From: Octopus sinensis | Taxonomy: Eukaryota | Assembly: GCF_006345805.1 (NCBI RefSeq) | Contig: NC_043001.1 | Location: 18,476,001 to 18,540,000 of the forward strand | Length of the DNA stretch: 64,000 nt | Direction of reading: 5' to 3' | Shown here: piece by piece, positions 1-13,132 of the stretch | How the letters are laid out: every line of letters starts with the position of its first letter | Position numbering within the stretch: the stretch's first letter is position 1 | The notes under the pieces: model-generated | Databases searched by the model: none | What the model was told of the DNA's origin: nothing | Seen by the model: the letters and a program-made list of their open reading frames with translations, nothing else | Program-made: the position numbers and the translations under genes

Positions 1-410
1 CTGACTTTTTCCAACATAATACAGAATATTTGAGTCTAATATTGCTTGCAAAGACCTGTTGAATATTTCCGTCTACCAAATCTACTCACAAGGCTTTGGT
101 CGGCCCAAGGCTACAATAGAAGATACTTACCCAAGGTGCCACACAATGGGACTGAACCCAGAACCGTATAGTTGGGAAGCAAAATTCTTACCACACAGTC
201 ATACCTGCACCTATATTGTATGTTTTTAAATGGCTAATAGTATTTTATGATTATTTTTAATAATGTATTCTAGTTTTGGAGAGACCAGTGTCATTGGTAA
301 AATGGAATTAAAAGATATTCTTAATATTTATTTGTTAGTTGTTTTTTATGCATATTTGCACTGGTGTGATTGTGGTAAGAAGCTTGCTTCCCAACCATAT
401 GGTTTCAGTC

Positions 411-423
411 TTATTATTATTAC

Positions 424-462
<39 letters not shown>

Positions 463-483
463 TATTATTATTATTATTATTAC

Positions 484-519
<36 letters not shown>

Positions 520-622
520 TATTATTATTATTATATTATTATTATTATTTTTATTATTATTATTTTTATTATTATTATTATTATTATTATTGTTTTTATT
601 ATTATTATTATTGTTATTATTA

Positions 623-655
<33 letters not shown>
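411..655. repeat. (ATT)n microsatellite just upstream of a splice acceptor
   Basis: Near-pure TTA/ATT run. It produces the poly-I/L front half of ORF 263-1144. Confidence 0.95.
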
Positions 656-657
<2 letters not shown>

Positions 658-673
658 TTTTTGCCTATTTCAG

Positions 674-1144
674 GTTTCTGAAAATTTAGAAAGCTTCTCC
701 AGTAAACTGGATTGTTCCGAGTCCCAGTTATTGCAGCTGTGTGATTATCTATGCACAAGTTTGGAACAAGCTGTTTCCCCATCTTCTCAGCAGGGCAAGA
801 AATGTTTCACCCATCCTTCAGCTGGTCATCTTTGGATACAGGATGACCATGAAGTTAACGCAGAAAAAACTTGTTCATGTGGTGTGCTTTGTTGTAGTTT
901 GTCAGATTTGAAACTTCAACCTTTAGAACATTCTCCTTCATTTGACAGATTTTCTAAGAAAGAGCTTTATGGCTCTTATAAACCTCTTGATACAATATCC
1001 AGTTCTGAACCTCCTAAGAAACCTCTTCTAATGGACTGCTTTATTCCATGGCAAACTGCTGTAGAAATATCGGTACTTCTAGCCAATATGGCTCTTAGTA
1101 CCAATCAGTTTATCTTTGACACCAACTGTAAACCATCAACATAG
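674..1144 (+). CDS. Terminal coding exon of an unidentified gene (upstream exons not found in this window)
   Basis: Acceptor ttgcctatttcag|GTT at 673/674, phase 0. 156 codons of complex sequence (VSENLESFSSKLDCSESQLLQLCDYLC...PWQTAVEISVLLANMAL...KPST) ending in TAG at 1142-1144. Family not recognised. Confidence 0.7.
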   Translation, partial: VSENLESFSSKLDCSESQLLQLCDYLCTSLEQAVSPSSQQGKKCFTHPSAGHLWIQDDHEVNAEKTCSCGVLCCSLSDLKLQPLEHSPSFDRFSKKELYGSYKPLDTISSSEPPKKPLLMDCFIPWQTAVEISVLLANMALSTNQFIFDTNCKPST

Positions 1145-2652
1145 TATTTCATTTCAGTGGTGTACTTGCAAGGCAGGTGATTTAATCTGAAGCCATGTGT
1201 CGAGACTAAAACAATTACAGCATGGAAGGCACATATTTAGCTATCGAAAACCATACAAAAACTGTTAGTTTCATTTAAACATTCATCGTTTAATGTCAAA
1301 ATTTTCATCACATCAGTTGTGATGAAATCACTGCCACAGTTTCATTGCATCTCTGCGCAGTGGAACAGTATCAACGACCAGATCACAGATGTTGCAACAA
1401 AAATTTTGACCACAAATGGTAAATGTTTAAGTGAAGTCAAGTCTTTGTGTGTTTTTAAATGGCTAATAGTATTTTATGATTATATTTAATATTGTATTTT
1501 AGTTTTGGAGAGACCAGTGTTGTTTTCATCTTCATAAATCTAAAATTGTTTACATCAGGGTTGGCAGATTCTACTCCAAGAGTAATGTTTTATTTCACAA
1601 ATATTGATGAGAGTTGGTAAATATTGAGTCTGAATTTATAAATTTATGTAATTTATATTCTTTGGATATAAAGTGAAATAAATTTAAACTTGTTAATATT
1701 TGGATATGGTAAAATGGAATTAAAAGATATTCTTAATATTTATTTTTAGTTGTTTATTTTTTGCTTATTTGTACAGGTGTAATTGTGGTAAGAGACTTAC
1801 TTCCCAACCACATGGTTTCAGGTTCAGTCTTACTGCATGACACTTTGGGTCAGTGTCTTTTACTGTAGTCCAAGGTCAGCCAAAGCCTTGTGTATAGATT
1901 TGGTAGTTAGAAATTGAAAGAAGCCTATTTTGTATATATATATATATATATATATCATCATCATCATCATCATCATTTAACGTCCGCTTTCCATGCTAGC
2001 ATGGGTTGGACGGTTCAACTGGGGTCTGGGAAGCCAGAAGGCTGCACCAGGCCCAGTCTGATCTGGCAGTGTTTCTACGGCTGGATGCCCTTCCTAACGC
2101 CAACCACTCCGTGAGTGTAGTGGGTGCTTTTTACGTGCCAGTTAATCCAAACATGAAAGCACAAAAAAACACAACAACGCGAGGACGTGGAACAAATATA
2201 GTATTATTGGACACTCAGGAAAGAAGGAGGGTTTAATGTTTTGAGTGGAGCTCTTTGTCAGAAACATAGGAAAAGGAAAGATCCAGAGAAGGGAAGATGG
2301 AGGAAAAAAAATCGCCAACGGTACACACGCTGTCACACACATATATATATGTGTGTGTTATTGTCTCTTTGTCTTGACAACATTGCATAGTTGTTGATTC
2401 ACCATCATACAAGCAGTGTCCTTTATAATCATCTGGTCATGGGGAAGTATTACCTTATTTGGAAATAGGTGAGGATTGGCAACAAGAAGAGCATCCAACT
2501 AAAAAATTTACTTCAACAAATTCTGTCCAACCCATGCAAGTATGGAAAAGTGGGCATTGAAATGGTAATGATGATGGTTTGCATGTGTTTGCAGCCATTC
2601 AGTATGTTTTTATCTCACTCTCTGGTCCAAATATGGATTTGGTAAAGATCTC

Positions 2653-3060
2653 TTCTCTTTTGTCTTTTACTTGTTTCAGTCATCTTGACTGCGGCCATGC
2701 TGGAGCACTGCCTTTAGTTGAGCAAATCGACCCCAGGACTTATTCTTTGTAAGCCTAGTACTTATTCTATCGGTCTCTTTTGCCAAACCACTGAGTTACA
2801 GGGACGTAAACACACCACCATCAGTTATCAAGTGATGTTACGGGGGACTCACACACACAAACATATACACATACACACATATATATATACATATATATGA
2901 TGGGCTTCTTTCAGTTTCCATCTACAAAATCCACTTACAAGGCTTTGGTCGGCCGGAGGCTATAGTAGAAGACACTTGCCCAAGGTGCCACGCAGTGGGA
3001 CTAAACCCGGGACCATGTGGCTGGTAAGCAAGCTACTTACCACACAGCCACTCCTGCGCC
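2653..3060 (-). mobile_element. Full-length tRNA-derived SINE, family A (head GGCGCAGGAGTGGCTGTGTGGTAAG, tail GAAACAAGTAAAAG)
   Basis: Reverse complement of the copies at 13131 and 26628, with an internal TA/TG microsatellite. Confidence 0.85.
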
Positions 3061-3062
3061 TT

Positions 3063-3145
3063 AAAAATATGGAACACTTCACGAATTTGCGTGTCATCCT
3101 TGCGTGTATCGTTCTAATTTTAGAATACGTGCTCCCGTGTGGTAC
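3063..3145 (-). pseudogene. U6: U6 snRNA pseudogene with a 22-nt internal deletion
   Basis: Minus strand reads ...AAAATTAGAACGATACA|CGCAAGGATGACACGCAAATTCGTGAAGTGTTCCATATTTTT. This matches canonical U6 except that GAGAAGATTAGCATGGCCCCTG is missing and the 5' end is diverged. Confidence 0.9.
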
Positions 3146-4159
3146 TTTTTGCTTAAATACATTTAGTTTTTGTCCTTACTGGGCGTTTTTGACCTTACTG
3201 TGGCTTTTCCAAGTCTCGCTGGCCTAGGTTGCAATGATGGAGTTATACTGACAAAATTTCATGTCAGTGATGTTGACCTTTTACACTTTTCTAAATGAAT
3301 AACGGTTTCTGACATTAACTATAAACGGATACATTTGTGAAGGACTGATATTCTCAAATAACCTTAGAATATTATTGGTACTAGCAAATCTACCCATCTA
3401 CGCTGGAGGCATAAAATGAGGGAGGGAAGTCACAGCAGCAGTATGTATTGAGAAATGTATAAACGGACTTGGATAGATTACTGGGTGATGTCTTAGAGGA
3501 ATCACATTATTGTTGGTGATACAGCATTCTGTTGTAGCTATATGACATGTGTTTGCGACTAAGTGACATGTGATGACGATTCACTCCCAAACTGATATAG
3601 GTTCCCAGCCTCTCTAACATGAATGGTTATGTGGACCGCTCCTAATGAAAGCCAGAGCTTCCTTCGGCCACTACATAAGAAGTATTAGGAAAACAATGTT
3701 ATTTAGATATACTTTTATTTTAGTTGTTTATATTATTTTACGCTTGTTTATACTCTTATACATTCAAAGTTCACAAATTTCCTTATTTAAATCATGAATC
3801 GTATTCCTTTCGATAACATCAATATGATTACAAAACTTCTTTGTAGACAATATTTTCTGTTTGGTCGACACTAATTTTCAAATTACTGAAGTCCGTTGCG
3901 CCACTCACAGCGACGTATAGCTGACCGTGTGTAAACATCGGAGTGGGTAAAAATACACCTTGTTTGCTGTAAATGCGCGAGCTGAATATTTAGGGTTGCA
4001 AAATAGCAAACTAAGACTTATCTCTCACTGTTCTATGCGAATAATGTCTGAATATTCTGGTACCATGGATTATTTTGATTGACAAAACTGAGATGTAAAC
4101 AGCAGCCGCTTCGACTGGCCGTTTCGAATCCTGCTCGAGACCGACACACTTCAATAACC

Positions 4160-4630
4160 ACTAAATAGCACTAATAATAATGTTCGTCCTTCGGGTTCGA
4201 AGATGACCATTGACATCATTTGGTGGAATTGCTGCTATGAGACCGGAGGTGGCTGGTGAGGCCAATCCGGGCAAGGAAGCCCCTCCCACAGGTGGGGGCA
4301 GAAGTGGGTGATGTCATGACATGCGCGTGACTTGGATTATAGTGAGGGTGACTTGCGCAGGATCAGCCTCACTCTCTCGTCCTGGTGCGCCGGATCCAGT
4401 GGCAAGACAAAGTCAAGACGGCTGGGGGTAGACCAGGATGCAGGAGCTGCCGGAAGGTGGCACGCATGGCGCAATCCAACCGCCTTAGGGGCTCCACTCC
4501 GGATTTTGGATGGCCATTGACTCATGAGAGAGTTCCTCTGCCCTTTGACAGGTTTTGTTTTTAGTCCTGCTGGGTGTCCAAATCACCCTCCTCACCAAGA
4601 AATCTTGGTGGGTTGCCAGTTTAGTCGCCA
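4160..4630 (-). mobile_element. GC-rich segment, possibly the 5' UTR/ORF start of an RTE-type LINE
   Basis: Abrupt GC-rich island in AT-rich DNA with no credible ORF. Assignment is by resemblance only. Confidence 0.3.
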
Positions 4631-4789
4631 ACGACCCGACCATGTAACAGGTTGTACCGGGTTACATGTTACCAGTAACTCCAAGCGGAGAGCACTATAT
4701 ACACGTTAATAACACTATATACTGGCACACGCTTTTTCCATTTTATTTTCGCTATTAACCGTCCTCGCGACCCCTTTCGTATCTACGAT

Positions 4790-5402
4790 GGGACCACGAA
4801 CTGTGCGATGAAAATCCAGAGTTACTCGCGATCGATGAATTTTTAATAAAAATGCGAAGGTGGTTTATCAATTCAAAAATCGATATTCACGAAATTATCA
4901 TACTTTCTGATTTTTTAATGCTAAAAACTTTCCTGACGACCGTCTTTGTAATCCCGAAAAATATCGTAACCATTGGTCCAGCCGTCTGGCGTGAAGCGGG
5001 AACAGACAAAGAGACGGACAGTCGGACAAAATTATAGTAAGAAGATAGCAAATCTGCCCATCTACGATGGGAGATAAAGGGATAGTATCGCAAATCTAAA
5101 ACCTTTAAATTCACAAACTATACGGATGGTGGGGGTGAGAGAAAATCTAGACTTAATCCTCGTCGCCGGAATTTTAACATAAAAATCAAAGGTGATTTAT
5201 TAATACAAAACTCAATATCCACGAAATAATCATACTTTTTCGCATATTTTTTCGTTAAAAACCTCCCTGATTTCTTCCTTCATAATCCCGAAAAAACATC
5301 GGGACCATTGGTTCAGCCGTTTGATCGTGAAGAGGGAAAAGACAGACAGGCGGAAAGACGGGCAGACGGACGGACGGACTTAACGCCAATTATAGTAAGA
5401 TT
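4790..5402 (+). mobile_element. Two tandem Helentron/HINE-like non-autonomous units
   Basis: Two related units, each starting near ATCTACGATGGG, containing GACA/GACG repeats and ending in TTATAGTAAGA. Confidence 0.45.
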
Positions 5403-5890
5403 GTTAACTCTATGGATATAAAAGGCAAGACTTGCCTTCCAGCAGAATTGTAGATCATCGTCTGCACGATCATTTTAACGTCTGCTTTTTCATGCTCGTA
5501 TGGATGAGACAGAAATTGTTGAGGCGGATTTTCTTAAAGATGGCCGTCCTTCCTGTCGTCAGTCCTCACCTATTTCTAAGTAAGGAAATATTGCCTCATG
5601 ACCAGATATCTCTCAGAAGATTGGAAATAAAGGATACCGCTTCTATGATGATGATGGCACCTACTTAGAACTATGATGCACGGCACTTAACGAAATAGTG
5701 ATATTTTGAAACCATTCAATAGATACGTTTCAGGTTCGCGTAGTATATAACAGGAAATGCATCCATTATGTTTGTGGCTGGTGGAGTTTCTTCTGTCCTT
5801 TGTCTTCTTTCTATTATAATCTTCATAGACTCAGCGCTCTCTCATTCTCTCTTTCTACACGCACGCAAACATACATAGATGTATATGTAT

Positions 5891-5936
<46 letters not shown>

Positions 5937-5979
5937 ATGTGTATATATATGTATATATATATGTATATATAATATATAT

Positions 5980-6038
<59 letters not shown>

Positions 6039-6039
6039 A

Positions 6040-6275
6040 TTTTAATCCAAACGGGAAAAAAGAAAAAACAACAACACGTGGAACAATTACAGTATTATTA
6101 TTAATAGGCGCTCAGGAAGATGGAAGCAGGAAGGTATGACGTTTCGAGCGGAGCTCTTCGTCGGAACATAAAGAAGGAAGAGAGAGGAAAGAAAGATCCC
6201 AAGGTGGGCAACAAGAGGGAGAAAAAAAACGACTGGTGTTTACGAAGTACACATGGTGATATATATATATATATA

Positions 6276-6317
<42 letters not shown>

Positions 6318-6520
6318 TAAGGCGGTAAGATAACGAAAGAAAGAAAGAGACCTCAATATTATGTAAATAGAGGAAATTTATCTATAAAATAATATGTTAC
6401 AATTACTCAATAGTCAAGATACAACTCTGAGTTTTAATCTTAATTTATATAAGTAGCAGAATTATAACACAGTAATTTCCCTTTATATAACGGTATTTTT
6501 TCATAGCGTTTTTCAGATGG
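6040..6520 (-). mobile_element. Penelope-like terminal repeat fragment (related piece at 2143-2340)
   Basis: Shared CGTTTCGAGCGGAGCTCTTCGTCGGAA-type motif and flanks at two loci. Confidence 0.4.
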
Positions 6521-6609
6521 CCAGATAACCGAAGAGATGGTGTTGTGGATTTCCACTTCGGCATCTGAAACTCAGAGTTTTATCTTGACTATTGAGTAAT
6601 TGTAACATA

Positions 6610-7406
6610 TCTATATATATAAAAGTGAAGTTGTGTGAGTGTCTGTCTGCTACGATTTAGATTCCTAACTACTCCCACATTTTGCGGTGCAGTTTAACCA
6701 AATTCGGGTATCTTATAGTCGTGATTCATATCGAGCCCGTCTGAGTATTAGCGCGCGTCTACGATGAGTCTACGATTTTAAAAATAATTTAACATCATTT
6801 TTTTCCATTTTAACGCATATTTTTTCGTGTGTCGATGGCGGCGGAGTTGGCGTCCATGCTCACACCTGCACCTGTTTGCTTCTCCCCCTTCTTCCCTCCC
6901 TCGTGAAGCTGTGGGGAAGGGAGTGTAAAGAAATCAACGTCGTAAAGCGTTGTCAAGGAGACCAGCGTTCTTTTAGAACAACGACTTCATGGTTTGAAGA
7001 CACCAAAACAGAAATGGCTAAGAAAGCCCGAAAGCAAATTCTACAAAATCGGGAAACACGCCACACAGGGAAGGTTTCCCGTGCAAATAATTTGCACAAC
7101 CGAATGTTATAGTTGTTGCACAACTTTTACTTAAAAAATATTATCCAAACACAAACTTTTGAAGGCAATATTGTATGGCGATGATACTTGTGAAATATGG
7201 TAATGGATTTAGTAGCCAAAAGGAGAGAGCAGAGGCATAGTATGGTGGTGGTGGAGGCGGTGGTAGTGGCAGCGGTGGTGGCGGTGGTGCTGGTAGTGGT
7301 GGTGGTGGTGTTGTTGTTGTTGTTGGTAATGATGGTGGTCGTGGTGATGATGGTGGTGGTCGTGGTGGTCGTCGTGTTTGTGTGGTGGTGGTGGTGGTGG
7401 TGGTGG

Positions 7407-7437
<31 letters not shown>

Positions 7438-8297
7438 GGGGGTGGTGATGATGGTGGTGGTGGTGGTGGTGATGATGGTGGTGGTGGTGGTGGTCTTCGT
7501 GGTGGTGGTGGTGATGGTCATGGGCGTAGTGGTGGTGGTGGTCATGGTGGTAGTGATGGTGGTGGTGGTGGTGGCTGAAGCTGTCGTCTGGGTTCTTCCA
7601 ATTTTTCGTGTGTCGGTGGCGGCGTTGGCGTTCATGCTCGCACCTGCACCTGTGTAGCTCCTCCCCTTCTTCCCTCCCTCGTGAAGCTGTGGATAAGGCA
7701 GGGTAGGGAAAATCAACGTCGTAAAGCGTTGTCAAGGAGACCAGCGTTCTTTTAGAACAACGACTTCATGGCTTGAAGTCGCCAAAACAGAAATCGCTAA
7801 AAAAGCTGAAACAGATCCACAAAAACGGCAAAAACCGCCACACAGGGCAGGTTTCCTGTGCAAACAATTTGCACAACCGAATGTTTTAGTTGTTGCACAA
7901 ATCTTTATATATAAAAGTGAAGTTGTGTGTCTGTCTCCTACGATTTAGATTCCTAACTACTCCCACATTTTGCGGTGCAGTTTAACCAAAACCGGGTATC
8001 TTATAGTCGTGATTCATATCGAGCCCTTCTGGGTATTAGCGCGCGTCTACGATGAGTCTACGATTTAAAAAAAAATTACCATCATTTTTTTCCATTTTAA
8101 TGCATTTTTTCGCTATTATATAAGGGAAGTAACTCTCTAAAAATGTCTACGATGAGTCAACGATTAAAAAAAAAATTACCATCAATTTTTATTCCATTTT
8201 TAATGCATTTTTTGCTAATTTTTTGCTATAACTCTCTAAAAATGCTTATATAGTTATTTCCCTTACAAACCCGAGCAACGCCGGGCGATACTGGTAG
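6610..8297 (+). mobile_element. Tandem/compound non-autonomous Helitrons
   Basis: 5' A|TCTATATATATAAAAG at 6610 and again at 7902. Internal block 6830-7125 is repeated at about 7600-7900. 3' CCCGAGCAACGCCGGG hairpin, then CTGGTAG|T. Confidence 0.8.
7240..7575. repeat. (GGT/GAT/GTT)n trinucleotide tract inside the Helitron array
   Basis: Direct reading. It gives the poly-V/H/T/G ORFs. Confidence 0.9.
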
Positions 8298-8329
8298 TTA
8301 TTTTATATATTATATATATATATATATAT

Positions 8330-8362
<33 letters not shown>

Positions 8363-8645
8363 ATATATATAGATGTATATATATATGTAAATATATATAT
8401 GTATATATATATGTAAATATATATATGTATATATATATATGTATACCTATATATGTATACATACACATATATATATATATAAACATACATGTATATATAT
8501 ATATACACATAGTATATATAAATATACTATATATATATTTATGGTATATATAAATATACGTACGTACTTACCCAAACATACACACTCACACGCATATGAA
8601 CATTATATACATACATACATATGTATATAATCTTTTTATTATCTA

Positions 8646-8739
8646 CTGACAACGTTTAGAAAGTGCTCCACCTAATAAATTTCTTTCTACATTAATGTAT
8701 TTCACATAACTGTGTGTGTGTGTGTATATGTATGTGTAT

Positions 8740-8772
<33 letters not shown>

Positions 8773-8781
8773 TATTATATA

Positions 8782-8843
<62 letters not shown>

Positions 8844-8922
8844 CATACATACATACAGTTATGTGTAACTCATTAATGTAGTAAGAGATTTATAAGGTGG
8901 AGCACTTTCTAAACGTTGTCAG
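8646..8922. mobile_element. Tc1/mariner-type MITE with a TA-microsatellite core
   Basis: About 70-bp TIRs, CTGACAACGTTTAGAAAGTGCTCCACC...GGTGGAGCACTTTCTAAACGTTGTCAG, with TA on both sides. Confidence 0.8.
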
Positions 8923-9329
8923 TAGACAAGAAAAAAGATTAGATCAACGCCAAAATCACCGAATCCACTTTCCATGAAGAACAGCCACGTTTCTTGATAC
9001 AAATACGCTTTATATTTTATTTAAAGTATTGAACTCTTTTCAGTCAATGTTTGATTGTTCTTGTGTAAGGTTATGCGTAAAACACACACATATACACACA
9101 CACGCTTCCCTGTGAGATGATCGAACTTCGCGAAAATAGTGGATAGAAGGCAAGATGCTTTCTTCTGGAGCGAATTCGTGGAACTAGGATACACTCGGTG
9201 CTCAGGAGTCTTGGACAAGCAGCGATGGAAAGAAATAAATGTCGCCAGGAAAATGTCGGAAGACGCCGAGAAAGCGAGCCATTACATTTGGCTCAAGGGT
9301 GAGCACGAGTGGTGAAGCATGAATGACCA

Positions 9330-9798
9330 GTGAGGATGATCGAAACATCTGTCCAGAAGCTGGCTACCCGCATGGTTCTTGGTCTCAAACATTTGTCTTT
9401 TGAAGAAAGGCTGAAGACGCTCGACCTTAATTCTCTAGAAAAACGACGACGCCGTGGTGATCTCATTCTTGCTCACAACATCATAAGCGGAAGGTGTAAC
9501 CTCTCGAAAGAGCTGTTCTTCACTTCTGCTCCAGAGCGTCGGCGGCGGGGTCACTCCGAAAAGCTCTATCTGCGACGATAGAGAAGGAGAGGGGCTTTCT
9601 CCGTCCGGGTTGCGGATCCGTGGAATAAGCTGCCGGACGAGATAGTGAAGATGCCGACGACCGCTCGGTTCAAAGTCTCTCTTGACCAGAAATGGCCTGA
9701 ACTCTTTGCATGAACACCCTCCCTGTACATAACTCCATGTCCCCCTACATGGCCTTGCGTTTTGCTTTTTGAGCCAAAAAATTAACTTAACTTAACTT
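9330..9798 (+). mobile_element. 5'-truncated CR1/L2-clade LINE 3' end
   Basis: ORF VQKLATRMVLGLKHLSFEERLKTLDLNSLEKRRRRGDLI is the CR1 ORF2 C-terminal motif. (TTAAC)n tail at about 9782-9798. Confidence 0.85.
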
Positions 9799-10810
9799 AT
9801 CTGGCCCGGAGTCGCGACAAAAACCTCGTGCTGTCGTGCGAGAGTTGTGTCTCTACATCGGTGGGTAACACCCGAGGGCCCTGGTTTGGCAGTAGGAAGC
9901 ACCAAAATATCTATAGAACTGCTTCAGTGCCTGATAAGACATCGACTCCTGCATTCAAAAACTGAATGCTGCAGCACCTACAGCGCACAAGTCTTTAGCC
10001 TAGAAACAGAAGCTGTTGTGTCATTTATCACAAATTCTAGTATTCCTAAGGTGCTGAAATAATAATGACTTTTCACAATTATTCTTTTGTCTGCTAACAT
10101 AACAACTTCCTTCCTTTTCTCTATCATAGGATTGCTTCATATGTTGAAATTACAGACACTCCTAAATAACCCAATAATACTAAAATGTGTTGATGAGTTA
10201 CAATTTCGATACGACTCCCAATGGTCAATCAGTTACAATCCACGTAATATTAACATATCCGCTTTTCACAATGATCTACAGGGAATTGAGAGGAAAAATA
10301 ATAATGCGTGAAATATCATTAAAGTATCATTATTGTTGTAACGTCAATTAAATAGATTAAATTAATATCGGATTGTAGAAATAGTAGAATATCTCAGTCC
10401 ATTCTATGTTGTTTTGATATAATGGAGACAAGACCAAAGTAGATATTTGGGAATAATTAAAAGTCAAATGAATCTTTCAAGTGTACACCAGCAGACATTA
10501 CTAAAAAGTGAGGTTTATTTGTAGAACACTTATTCGTGTATCCTACAGTAATGTTTCGTGAAAGCAATTAATATACTCTTTTACTTGTTTCAGTCATTTG
10601 ACTGTGGCCATGCTGGAGCATCGCATTTAGTCGAGTAAATCGACCCCAGGACTTATTCTTTGCAAGCCTAGTACTTATTCTATCGGTCTCTTTTGCCGAA
10701 CCGCTGGATTACGGGGACGTAAACACACCAGCATCAGTTGTCAAGCGATGTTGGGGGGACAAACACAGACACTCAAACACATACACACACATACACACAC
10801 ACACACACAC

Positions 10811-10863
<53 letters not shown>

Positions 10864-11425
10864 CACACACACAAACATTTACATATATATACGACGGGCT
10901 TCTTTCAGTTTCCGTCTACCAAATCCACTCACAACGCTTTGGTCGACCCGAGGCTATAGAATAAGACGCTTGCCCAAGGTGCCACGCAGTGGGAGCGAAC
11001 CCAGTCTTTTCTTGTTCTGAATAATTTCAGAATCCAGCCGGCTAATCGCCCGTACATTGTTACCATCGTAATAACTCTTTCTAAATTTGGCACAAGACTT
11101 GAACGGATGAAAAAAAGCAAAGTCAGCCTCGGCGGAATTTGAACTCAGAACGTAAAAAGCTGGAAAAAATGCCGCTAAGCATTTTGTTCGACGTGCTAAC
11201 GATTCCACCAATTTTCGCCTTATGTTGCCATCTTAATAATATGCACACAAAATGATGCATCATTATCCATGTGGATTCCCAGGTCATGCACTGATTGTAA
11301 CACCAGGATTGCATTATCCACTGGTCCTGTGCATTCTGATTGCATTCTATTCGTGGGCCCATAGCAGAGTGCTTGGAATTTTTCAGCATTGACCTGCATG
11401 TTATTTTCTTTAGCTTATTTATAAA

Positions 11426-11803
11426 CTAGCAGTATCGCCCGGGGTTGCTCGGGTTTGTTTCGACCCTTTAGAATTGGAATTTTTGAAAAGTAACAATTTT
11501 GCATTATGTAGCTGGTTATTCTCTTTAAGTGAACATTTTTTCTGGTTGAAATACACCGAAAAATGTCGACACAGCAGTCAAAAGATCGTAAAAAATAGGG
11601 ATTTTCATAGAAAATTGATGTAAATAATTTTTGGTGTTAACATGGTCTGATTTGAATTTTTTCTTCTACGGAGTGAAGAGCAAGCCTTCTTCTATGATAC
11701 TTTCAATCTTGGTCAACTTGCGCCGCAGGGTCTCGGAGGAGATTGTGTTAGTTGAAGGCTACCAAACCTGCCATACACAGACAACTTCAGCTTTATATAT
11801 AGA
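11426..11803 (-). mobile_element. Non-autonomous Helitron
   Basis: Minus strand has a TCTATATATAAAG start and a CCCGAGCAACCCCGGG hairpin + CTAG end. Internal sequence is related to 18219-18656. Confidence 0.8.
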
Positions 11804-12074
11804 GAGATAGCATTCAGGGTGTTTCGGTTGTCTTGCATTATCATCAGAGTTCCTACCTGCCTATAATACTGGAAGCTGGCGTGAGTGGCTGACTCTATGG
11901 CAAAGAGCAAGTCTGAAAGACCCACCATGAACATACGTGTACCTTAAAGACTCCATTACGAAATGAAATCACTGCAATAAATCTACTATGATCGGTTGCA
12001 AGAAATTTCGTGCAGGGGCTTGCGAAGAATCCCCTTATACGTGGACGCATGCACACACATACACATGCTTACGT

Positions 12075-12400
12075 TTATGTATGTATGTATGTATGTATGT
12101 ATGTATGTATGTATGTATGTATGTATGTATGTATGTATGTATGCATTTATGTATGTACACATGCGTGTGTGTATGTATGTATGTATGTATGTATGTATGT
12201 ATGTATGTATGTGTGTTTGTATTTGCGTGTGTATGTGTGTGTATGTATGTATATATATATGCATGTATGTATACATTCATATATGTATGTATGTACGCAT
12301 GCGTGTGTGTATGTATGTATGTATGTATGTATGTATGTATGTATGTATGTATGTATGTATGTATGTATGCATGCATGCATGCATATAAGTATGTATATAT
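12075..12400. repeat. (TATG)n microsatellite
   Basis: Direct reading. Source of the MYVC/HTYI ORFs. Confidence 0.95.
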
Positions 12401-12555
12401 GTCTAGTTACTGACGGCCCGACCCAGGGACAGGTTGTAATTGCTTACTCGTAACCAGTTGCAATCCTACCAAGCCTGTTTGGTAAGGAGAGCAGTTCTCT
12501 TTGGACAAAAATCAAAGCCTGTCTGTGTTTTTCCCCACACCTAACATCAGTTGTC

Positions 12556-12663
12556 AATCTTCTTTTAGCGAGTCATACAGAGCTCACAGGAACCAACCAA
12601 GGTTGGTTCCTGCTGACGAAAATCAGACCTTGTGAGCTCTGTATGACTCGCTAAAAGAAGATT
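12556..12663. repeat. Perfect ~33-bp inverted repeat with a hairpin in the loop
   Basis: AATCTTCTTTTAGCGAGTCATACAGAGCTCACA ... TGTGAGCTCTGTATGACTCGCTAAAAGAAGATT. The loop contains AACCAACC-AA-GGTTGGTT. Confidence 0.9.
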
Positions 12664-12938
12664 AGAAACCAATTGGTCCAGGAATCTAGACGGTAAATGT
12701 TTTTAATGTCCAAATTTATTCCTGTCGAATCTGATCCCCAATTTTTTGTGGTTATAGAACTTAACTGTTCTTTCTAGCGCGTTGGATTCTCTATGTATTT
12801 TAATATACACTATATCGTATGACTAATATGTAGTCTTTTTGACTAAAATTTTTTTACGCGTTGGACCACTGGAAATGTAAATTTTGATTGAATGTTTTTA
12901 ACTTTACTTAATTCCATTTCCCTTTGATATGATTATAT

Positions 12939-12970
<32 letters not shown>

Positions 12971-12984
12971 ATATATATATATAT

Positions 12985-13060
<76 letters not shown>

Positions 13061-13080
13061 ATATATATCTATATATATAT

Positions 13081-13130
<50 letters not shown>

Positions 13131-13132
<2 letters not shown>

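Noticed and set aside
263-673. Hydrophobic N-terminal half of the 293-aa ORF
   Set aside because: It is a translation of the (ATT)n tract. A good acceptor at 673 marks the real exon start.
3840-4160. CpG-containing stretch as a promoter
   Set aside because: No diagnostic motif, and it cannot be distinguished from repeat-derived sequence.
7127-7735. His/Thr-rich 202-aa and 191-aa ORFs
   Set aside because: Trinucleotide tract plus Helitron sequence, open in several frames, with no splice support.
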